Assembly: GCA_964016885.1 (NCBI GenBank)
Contig: OZ024742.1
Span: 113,274,001-113,338,000, forward strand
Direction of reading: 5' to 3'
Origin: Eledone cirrhosa
Lineage: Eukaryota
Length of the DNA: 64,000 bases
Part shown: positions 53,512 through 64,000 of the stretch, one piece after another
Numbering within the stretch: position 1 is the first letter of the stretch
Layout of the letters: every line of letters starts with the position of its first letter
Notes under the pieces: model-generated
Database searches by the model: none
The model's input: only the letters and a program-made list of their open reading frames with translations
What the model was told of the DNA's origin: nothing
Program-made: the position numbers and the translations under genes

Positions 53512-54839
53512 TGTAACTGAAGTATTCGACCTAATGCAGCTCCTGTTGGTTCAATTTAACTGCCTTCACGACCTTGGTCTTTTGGGTGTTCATTCGTAAC
53601 CCGAAACTCACGGCGGCCTGCTGCAGGGAGCCTTTTAGTTACTGCCGTTTCGTACTGTACTCAGCTAGCAAGGCCATATCGTCGCAAAATATTGGTCTTT
53701 AGGTCTGTATTTTATTGTTCAAAAGATCCGCCAACCACTTCCAAAGGGGGGCTTTAGAGTACGATATCAGCTACCAGCAGGGGCTACACGGGAGGGATAT
53801 GGTATAACCTTACCTTACTCCGGAGATGATGTCGAAAAATTTCGATACACCGGACTTTGATAAATTTAGAGCGTTGGTCTTACAAGCATATTCAGAATGT
53901 AAATAGATGGAAAACATCGAAATGTATTATTTTCTCGCAGCCACCGATATACATCAAACAAATTACATGATCGATCTATATCTATATGTATATATCTGAT
54001 GTATTTCAATCTGTGTGCAATTGTCGGTATATGTTTTTGCATATATCCAAGCAATTATACGAAGGTGCACATGCAATGTGTGTAAGTGTATATGTGTGTA
54101 TGTGTTTCTATTTGTTTATAGGAACACTTATATGTTTCGCAGCGGAAATTAGTGCTGGTTACAGTACTACATTTGGAAAATAGTCGTAAAACATTATTGA
54201 CTTATCTACCATTTGCTGACTTTCTACATTACCACGTAGATTAGCTCGCATTTTATGGACTGTAAATTTAGTAGTAATAAAAAATTAAAATATTGACCAG
54301 TATATATTGATGTGACTTACGATAAAATTGTAAACAATCCATAATCAAATAGTATTTGGTAATATTGCACAAAATAATATACTGTGAATTATTATATTTT
54401 CTGCTATTTCTACCAAATCAAATAAATAATAGAGGCTTCATCTTATAAGGTTTTGGCTAAAACTTAAAGCAAACGTGATTTCTTATCAACATGAAAGTGT
54501 ATAGCCAAGTGTTAAACAAATTACATTAGGCAATATTTTGTACTTGAACATAGTTTCACCACTGTTACTGTTGTATTGTATTCATGTTTAGATTTGTAAA
54601 ATGAACATATGTCTGCGGTTAAAATGGGAGAAGGATAATATTTCACTATTCTATGGGGAAGATGAATTGAGTTAGATTAAGAACTTCGTTAGAAGATATT
54701 TCTGTCTAACATTTCAATTACTCGAGAATAAATAATCTGAAGCAAATAACAGTCACCTGATGCATCAAAAGTATGAATTTACTTCTGTATTGTCTTCATT
54801 CTTTTTTACTTAGTTATTTAAGAATAACATGGCAGTAAA

Positions 54840-54952
<113 letters not shown>

Positions 54953-55687
54953 TTATATATATTCACATATATACATACATACATGCATATATATAAGAGT
55001 AAGTGTTATTTTATTACATTCATGCATTTCATTTAATTTTTCTTAGTTGCTTATACTTCATTTCTTGTTTGCGTGGTGACTCTATTTCCATTTCTACAAA
55101 TTTCAGTTCATTTAACAATGTTGTAATTGTATACATACATATAAATTGCCAGAGAGCCACGTCATATACATGAAGAAGGAAAAGGCTTATATTTGCCCAG
55201 GCTTATTTAATCTTACATTCGAACGAAAATAGAATAAGTATCGTCATATTTATTGTGGCAGTTAAAATAATACGATCAAACTGAGCATAAACACAACCCA
55301 CACACTCTACCCACACACCAATAAGAAAAATAGTGAACGTAGCTTAAAAATATACGCTTCTTTTATACTAACAACGAAGTAAATATTTTGATTCAATTTC
55401 AAATCATAATTAATCAAATAGAATGCAGCCAGTAGGACGTAGACTATAACAAAGAGCAATTTATAATTTCTTCATAGTTTCATAAAAGTATCACCGAATT
55501 GCTAAGATTAAAGAACAATAAAGGACTGTGTAAAGCAAAACATATGAATATGAATATGGACCTTACGCACATAAGGATATGTGTATGTATAAATGCACAT
55601 ATACACGCACACATGTGCTCACAGATACTCTCTCTCTCTTCCATGCACACATACATTTACACACCCATATTTATAAAGGCATGGATG

Positions 55688-56100
55688 CAGGGTGGATAGT
55701 ACCAAACCCTTCGAAAAAATCATAACCTTTAGCTTACTGTGACGATTTAGTTTACATCACTGATCTTATATTTATTTACATCACTGATTTTATATTTACA
55801 TCACTGATATTTTATTTATTTTGCACTCACTCTCTGTGAGTGTATTGGTGTCGAATTCCCAAACGATGTCTGGGTCATCGGAATCCACATGAATGACTTA
55901 ACGCCATGCGATATCCTCTTGTATGCATTCGGCATGTACTGACGAAGAAATATACCGCCTGATATCCTGGTGATATCAGTCGAGTATATACCCAGGCGAC
56001 TACAAACACTGGTGGACACCGCTAGGAAACCACTGCCTTGCATAGCACTCATTATAGTGTTTAAATTGAAATGTGTTTTATGAAAATCAACCAATGATTC
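55688..56100 (+). mobile_element. Tc1/mariner transposase C-terminal relic
   Basis: DLTPCDILL (SPDLTPCD-like) and IPRRLQTLVD (MPRRLQAVI-like); CAGGGTG...aatcataac TIR-like start. Confidence 0.4.
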
Positions 56101-56315
56101 AATGGTTTATTTCGTAATCTTAAATAGTGAGTTTCCTTCTACCCAAACTTTATATATGTATAAGGTTAAATTGTGAGTCCTGTTTGTCACACACACACAG
56201 CCACACACAAACTCACATACGCGCATACATACACACACGTACATACACACACACACACAGAGAGAGAGAGAGACACACACACATATATATATTGAAAACT
56301 CTATACCGTATCCCC

Positions 56316-56359
<44 letters not shown>

Positions 56360-59300
56360 GGGAAGAAGACGCACGAGGTGGCGGAGGTCATGAAATCGCT
56401 CCCGTAAGTTTTGAATTTTTAACATATTTAAATCATTTGTGAAATAACAACTCTCAGTACAAATGCTACGTAAAGCACCCGGCTTGAGCCCAAAAAAATT
56501 CGGACCCAAAATATATTGTTATGAGGCTCAAATATTCAAATATTCAACTTTGTATTGTACACTGTATATCCAAAAATGAAAATGGCTATAAATAGTGAAG
56601 AACCCCCCCCCCCGCCTCCACTCCTCTGTCTACACTATATAGAACAGCCAAACTCACCAACACCAGAAACTAGATACAACACCCACCTCATCACCTGTGT
56701 ACACTAAACACCACAGCCAAATAACGGCAATTTCACCACCACCGCTCACTACTGCCATCATTACCACCACTATCCCATCACCGCTGCCACCACCCCTTCA
56801 CTCCTTCACTGCTACCACCGCTACAACACCATCAATACGGTAATACGACAACATCACCACCACCACTGCCCCGGTATCGACATCACCACCACCACTGTCT
56901 CAGTATCGCTACCGCCGCCAGTCACCCACATCACCCAGCTGGCTGCTGCCACCACATTATAGAATTCCTACTACTAAAAAAGAGGAAGGCATCAAAATAT
57001 ATAGATAGACTCAAAAGAAAAAAGAAAGAAAAAACCAACAACAAAACCAAAGCAGCACAGCAACAACAGCAAAAAACGAGAAAAACAAACAGAGAAAAAC
57101 AACAACAAAAAAAAAAACAAAAAAACGTAAAGAAAATAAGAATGAAGAGAGAAGCAGGCGGACAGACAGAGAAGAGGGGGGAAAAACTAAAACTTAAAAA
57201 ACAAAAACTAAGTCAGACATTCGAACACGACATTACAATGAAACTTATGCTTATTCATTGTTGGGGCCCTTTCTGCCTGTGTGTTTGTTTGTTTATGTGT
57301 GTTCGTATACAGCGTGGTGATAATGCCACACAAGGGCCAAGTGGAACGGCAAATCCACAGATGGCTATGCAACCATACATTCGCCAATCCTCGATAAGAG
57401 TGTTTAAATATCGAACATAAACAGTTCGAATAACGGTGAAATGGAGACTAGAACGTCATGTGACAGACTCTCACCCAACAGGTGCCCCCTGGCTCAGCAG
57501 CAGGAACCTGACTGTCAACCAAATACTGCTGATGTTGGAGGAAGAAGAAGAAGGAAAGGGGCCAGAACCATCTGGACGAAAGAATTGAATAGAACTGTTA
57601 TGCAATGTTACCTGAAAGGTAACCCCAAGGAGAGGGGCTACAGGAGACGGATGCATAACATCTGGAACGAGATTGGTCTATTTAAATTAGATGAACAAAA
57701 ATTGGCCGGGCAGGCTCGGGTAATAAGAACTAATGGGTGGATAAGCGAGCTGGAACTGGAGGAACTGAGCAGAGAGAATGGCTTGGAGATGGCGGGTGTA
57801 GTATGCCAGACAAGCGAGCCAGTGGGAAATGAAGGTGAGGAGGTCCTGAGAACGGAGGAACCACCCGAAGCAGACAATGATCTGAATACTGAGATAAATA
57901 ATACCTGGAACAGAGATACGGCCACTGAGGAGATGAATGCTGACGGGCTAGGACAAGATTCGGTTGACATCCTAAATTTAGTGGTAGATGAATTGAACAA
58001 TGATAGTGGGAGACCTATGAACCTAAGATTTGTAGACAGGAAACAGTTAAAAGAAACAACAGCTAAGGTAAACAAAGTCATCCCATACCTTGAGGCGAGG
58101 AGCCTTCACCAGTGCAACAATATCCTCAAAGCAACAGCAAATACGGTGAGGAAACTACTTGGTATAAAAGCGAGAGGAAACAACAGACACGAAAGAGCAG
58201 AGCCGTGGTGGAAGATACGACTGAGTGGTCAAATCGGGGAAATGAGAAATGACATAGGAAGGCTTGAGTCACTACTGAATGGGACACTAAAAAACATAGG
58301 CACTAAAAATAGACTGGAAATAAAGTACAAAACTAGGAGGAAAAATCTAAATATTATCATAGAGGAACTGAAGCAACGCATTGTAGCAAAGAGTGCAAAA
58401 ATTAGGCGATACGAGAACAGAGTCAGTCAGTATAAACAGAACCGCATGATCGACAACAACCAGAAGATGCTGTTTGGACAGCTTGAGGGGAAAGAAAGAG
58501 GCAACGACTTGATCCCTGGGGTGGAGCAAACTAAAACATTCTGGAGAGGAATATGGGAGCAGGATGTTAGACATAATGTCCAGGCAGGGTGGATTGAGAC
58601 AGTACAGAGGGAGATCGGTGAGCAGGCACACCAACAAACTGATTCGAGTATCACAGTTGAAACTCTTAAGGGGCAGGCCAAAAAACTAACCAACTGGAGA
58701 TCACCACGCCCAGATGGTGTGCAGGGGTATTGGATTAAACATTTAACATCCCTCCACCCGAAGCCTACGGCCATGTTCAATGACTGCTTGGTGTCGGGTG
58801 AGGTGCCAGAGTGGTTGACAAAAGGTACCACAGTTCTGATAATGAAAGACCGAATCAAGGGTAATGATGTTACCAACTATAGACCTATCACATGTATGTC
58901 CGTAATGTGGAAACTGTTGACGAGCATTGCGTCTGAGGAAATCTACCATCACCTCCACACAAACAACTTGTTGCCGGACGAACAGAAAGGATGCCGAAAG
59001 AAGTCACGTGGTACAAAGGACCAGTTACTTATTGATAAGATGGTAATGGGGAATTGCAGGAGGAGACACACTGATCTTGCCATGGGATGGATAGACTACA
59101 GAAAGGCATTTGACATGGTGCCTCATTCTTGGATCACCAAAAGCCTGGAGATCTTCAGGGTGGCATATAACATCAGACAGTTGCTGGGCAGGAGTATGGG
59201 GTCCTGGGAGACAGAGTTGACATCAACTGGAGTATCCTTGGGAAGCGTGAAGATCAATAGAGGTATCTTCCAGGGAGATAGCCTGTCCCCTCTGTTGTTT

Positions 59301-60903
59301 GTCCTTGCCCTGATGCCCTTGACCATTATGCTGCGAAAAGTGAGAGCAGGATACAAGTAGGGAAAGGGAGAGCTTACCATCAATCACCTCCTCTTCATGG
59401 ACGATCTTAAGCTCTTCGGGAAAAGTGAGAAGGAGTTGGATGTGCTTGTTGACACTGTCCGTATTTTCAGCAGTGATATATGTATGCAGTTTGGTATTAG
59501 TAAATGTGGAGTCATTGTGATGAGGAGGGGTAGGTTGAGCAGAAGTAACGGGATCCAGATACCAACAGGTGAGATGATAAAGGAAATTGACTCTGAGGAA
59601 GGATACAAGTATTTGGGCGTTCTGGAGGCTGATGGCATAAAGAACAAAACAATGAAGGAATTGTTAAGAACTGAATACATTCGGAGAGTAACGAGCGTAT
59701 TGAAGTCACATCTGAACAGCAGAAATGCCATAAGCGCAGTAAATTCCCGAGCTGTGTCTATTATTAGGTACAGTGCGGGAATTCTGAGATGGAATGTTGC
59801 TGAACAAAAAGAAATGGATAGGAAGACTAGGAAGCTATTGACTATCTACAACATGTTCCACAAGAGGAGTGATGTCGATAGACTCTACCTAAGGAGATCT
59901 GAGGGTGGAAGAGATCTTATCAGCATAGAGGACTGTGTTCAGATGGAGAAAAACAACCTACACAAATACGTGACTGATAGTAAGGAGCCAATGCTCATAA
60001 CTGTACTGAAGGAGGGGACAGTAGGCCAGGGGATGTCCAAGGAGGAAATAACATCAAGGAGGAAGAGCAGCCTTAAGGGAAAGTCCCTTCATAGTACCTT
60101 CTTTGAGAAAACTGAATTTAGAGATGCACAGACATGGAACTGGTTGAGAAGAGGAGACCTCAAAAAGGCTACAGAAGGAATGCTAATGGCTGCGCAGGAG
60201 CAGGCTCTCAAAACGAAGTGGTTGAAGCACCATATTTACAAGGAGGAGGCTAGCCAACTGTGCAGGATCTGTGGAGAGAGAGAGGAGACTGTGGCTCACA
60301 TTGTGTCCGAGTGTAAACACCTAGCCCAGACCCACTATAAGGGCTGGAGACACGATGTGATGGGCAGGGTGATCCACTGGCACCTGTGCAAAGTAAACAA
60401 TTTACCACATTCTGAGAAATGGTATGAGCATAGGCCAGAGGCGGTGATGGAGAACAATCAGGTGAAGGTGCTGTGGGATTTTAGGATACAGACGGACAAA
60501 AAACTGGAACACAATAGACTTGACCTGGTGGTTGTGGACAAATAAAAAAGATCGTGTCTGATTGTGGATGTGGCCTGCCCTTTCGACACGAGAGTGCAAG
60601 AGAAGGAGAGGGAGAAAATTAACCGATACCAGGACCTAAAGTGGGAGGTGAAAAGGATTTGGAACTGCCATGAAGTCAAAGTGATCCCGATTGTCATAGG
60701 CGCACTGGGGACTATCTCCAAAAGTTTCCAGGGATGGTTAAAGAAAATCGGCCCTTTCACGCTTTTTGGAACGCTTCAAAAGGCATGCTTGCTTGGAACA
60801 GCAAGAACCCTCCGATACGTCCTGAATATCTGAGACTGCAGGTAGTGGCTTGATATTCATTCCAACGGACTTTCCACTTAACCAACATCAATGACTGAGA
60901 TTC

Positions 60904-60904
<1 letters not shown>
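56360..60904 (+). mobile_element. Full-length R4/Dong non-LTR retrotransposon inserted in (AAT)n
   Basis: ~1.05-kb 5' leader, single long reading frame, short 3' UTR, (AAT)n on both sides. Confidence 0.95.
57441..60833 (+). pseudogene. R4/Dong polyprotein (RT, CCHC zinc knuckle, PD-(D/E)xK restriction-like endonuclease) with two premature stops
   Basis: ORFs 57441-59360, 59397-60545 and 60564-60833 share one frame; TAG at 59358-59360 and TAA at 60543-60545. Confidence 0.93.
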
Positions 60905-60950
<46 letters not shown>

Positions 60951-62209
60951 GAAGAAGAAGAAGAAGAAGAAGAAGAAAGTGATGGGTGATGATGATGATA
61001 TCTGAAAGGTTGTTTGAATATTAGATATGTATTATTCGGGATACGAGTACATATAAAATTATTATTATTTCAACTCCGCAATGATATTAAACGATTGTCC
61101 CAACGTATATGTTAAAAACGATCTGCTTCGGTATAATCTGTGCCAATAACTGTTGAAGGCCCAGCTTTTCCCCTTCATTTTACCAGTTGTGATTTCCAAT
61201 TTTAACAGATGGAAATATTTAGAGAGGTTTTCAACTTTTGCCGTTTTCCCTCCCCCTTATACGGAAATAGTAGAAAGTGCTCTTGCACAATATATAATAC
61301 ATTTATTCACATAAAATATGTGTAATAAACTAAATCAATGATACTTTCATTGGCCACACTTAGGAGAGAAGATAAATTAGATATTGCAGGATTTGAAAGC
61401 TTAAGACATTGAATGTTTGAACTCAACGTATTTATCAATTGATATTTCTGAATTCGAGTTAATGTCTAACAGATTTCCATATGTTTCAGCAATTATGTCA
61501 ATATCCACAACGTAGCCAAAATATTTTGCAAAACATTGTCCTTGATCTGGTGATACAAACAATGTTAGAAAATTTTACATACAAAATGAAAGAAAGTAAA
61601 AAAAAAAAAAAATGGGAAAGTTTTCCGAGTCTATGTGATTATATTGTATAGTGAAGACTGAAACAGCAAACCCTCAACTGGAGCTAATCAACACCTTACT
61701 TATATAAGATGTCAGGAATGTTACTAACGATCAAGTTCGTGTTAATTCACCATATCAACAAGGATTGTAATGAGGTTCATTAGTAGAGAAGAATTCGTAT
61801 GTTAAGTTTAGCAAGCCAACAAAAATGTGCTGGTACGATATGTGTATTTAAAAAAAAATGCAACACGTAATGCGGCTCATTCACAGTTTTGTATTTGCTG
61901 TGTAAACACAGATAGTCAAGTCTCCTTCCTTGTTGAAAATCCGGATTTGACTACTCTGATTTACCGATTCATGGTGAAATATATTTCTTTAATGAAATAT
62001 ATACAAGGAAGATTAATCATTTTATAAGTTATCTATATTTAAACTTCTAGTTAAACTTTAATTAGTTAGCGACCTTGCTGTGTGTGCTTACACGCTTTAC
62101 AAATTAACCACTGTGATTGTTTCATGTCTTTATTTTATATATATATATATGTGTGTGTGTATGTGTGTATGTAAATCAATTCTTTGCTTAAGCTTTAATC
62201 TGTTATTTT

Positions 62210-62287
<78 letters not shown>

Positions 62288-62386
62288 TATTGAAGTTTCC
62301 GTTGAAAATTGAAAAAGTAATAGGAGTGAAGAGTGCTCTATGTAAGTTAGAGAGCTAAATTTAATGTGTAATAAACAATACTATAT

Positions 62387-62464
62387 AATTACCAATTTAC
62401 CAGAGGTTTCCCGAATAAGACGAATACAAGAAACGTCCTCATTCGTTCGTCAGACAAGGCAATT
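62387..62464 (-). ncRNA. Candidate hammerhead ribozyme
   Basis: rc reads AATTGCCttgt-CTGACGA-aCGAATGAGgacg...cgtCTTATTCGg-GAAA-CCTCTGG-TA-aattGGTAATT. Core and stem II are good; proximal stem I is mismatched. Confidence 0.55.
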
Positions 62465-63293
62465 TAAAACATAGTGAAATATTAGAAAAATCTCCTGAAG
62501 AAAGACAAATGTATAACGGCAAAAAAATATATATAAATAAACATAATGCAAGAGATATATGAAAATAAAAGAAGAAAATATAGTAAGGGTATGTGTATAA
62601 ATGTGTGTATATGCAGCTATAAATGTACATATGTGTGTATGTACGAATGCATGTGTATAGTGAAAGAATGTGTACGTAAATACATACATGAGGGCCAGCA
62701 TATGAGTGTATGTGTGACCACAAATACGTATATAATATATTTTTAAAAAATAAATTGTAAGATAATAGAGTTAGCGTACATACAGACGCAGGGATTAAGG
62801 ATTGAAATATATACACATACAAATATTAAAGCACGCGTATAAACACACACACACGCGCAACCACATACATGCATGTGTTACATACAGGGAGGGGAGTGTA
62901 TCAGTCAAAGCAGTGTCAGGCTGAAGGTCGATACATATATAAAAAATATAAAATATGAAAATGAAAAAATGAAATAATATATGAGGATCAAAAAAATAAA
63001 TCAAAGAGAAAGTAAGGGGGAGGGGTTATCAATTATAAAGTAACTAGAAAATATAGAAAACTTACAGAGGTTGGTACACACACATATATATATATAAAAT
63101 ATATATATACATATATAAATACATATAGACAAAAGCACATACATGTGTACATACATTGATGTGTACATACATACAAAACCGCGCATACATCCACACGAAG
63201 CATATATATATATGTATACATACATGTATAGCCAATCACACGCACGCACGCGACCATATATATATATACATATATATATACACATATATATAT

Positions 63294-63374
<81 letters not shown>

Positions 63375-64000
63375 TACACACACACACATATATATATATA
63401 TATATGTAAATAACATAGATATAAATACACACATATACACATACACGCGCACATACAAATGCATTAGTATACATATACAAATACGTATAAACAGTGATGC
63501 ACACTTACGCGCATACATTCAATATAAACACCAGCCGTATGAATAAATGAGTACAAATTATAGCGGCTGAGGGACAACATAATATATCTAGAGTTGAAAA
63601 CGCAAGTGGCAGTGATATCAGGTAGTGAAAGAAAAGGGGAAAGTAAAATATGTAAAATTGTGAAGATATAAAGTAAGTGAATCAAAAAGAAAGGGGTGGG
63701 TGTCACTGGTGAATGTGAAGTAAAAATAAAGTTGGTAAGTTAAGGAAAGTGAAGACTAAGAGTTTATGGAGGATAAGTATATGAAAGTGAGTTAAGTTTA
63801 TATGAGCTGGAAAGCAAGTGTCATTTCATGTGTGGGAAATTTGATTATGGAATTTGATTTGGTTGATTAAATTAACTAAGTCTAGTTTTAGCTCTATAAC
63901 TTACATAGAGCACTCTTCACTCCGATGATTTTTCAATTTTCAACGGAAAATTCAATACGTATACAGCTCCCAAGGGAATGATCGTAGCATATTCTACATT

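Noticed and set aside
56360-56410. HDV-like ribozyme at the Dong 5' end
   Set aside because: Could not build the P1/P1.1/P3 double pseudoknot by eye; only a weak GGGA/TCCC pairing.
57471-60760. Antisense ORFs over the Dong elements (also 18714-20491, 21859-23118)
   Set aside because: Shadows of the retrotransposon frame; shared between copies only because the copies are homologous.
61400-61548. Minus-strand branch point and acceptor followed by ~48 open codons
   Set aside because: No recognisable protein and no good donor.

Overview
AT-rich, microsatellite-dense eukaryotic DNA with no host gene I can confidently identify. The repeat content ((TA)n/(CA)n/(CT)n/(TAA)n tracts, a recurring tRNA-derived SINE, R4/Dong LINEs, Penelope-like elements) resembles an octopod cephalopod genome, which is inference. 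Recognisable elements are four R4/Dong RLE-type LINEs (one nearly intact at 56360-60904, three stacked head-to-tail at 17593-28168), several Penelope-like elements (PLEs) including two head-to-head inverted pairs, CR1 and Tx1/L1 relics, a Rep-less Helitron, and SINEs. The main unexpected signal is non-coding: about a dozen hammerhead-ribozyme (HHR) motifs. The best case is a 442-nt, hairpin-rich tandem repeat with one type I HHR per unit (41085-41984, second copy 13553-14098). It looks like a non-LTR retrozyme (circular-RNA retroelement) and has the same inverted 5' junction as the local PLEs. Most ORFs in the supplied track are microsatellite artefacts. All motifs were read by eye; no database search or folding program was run.
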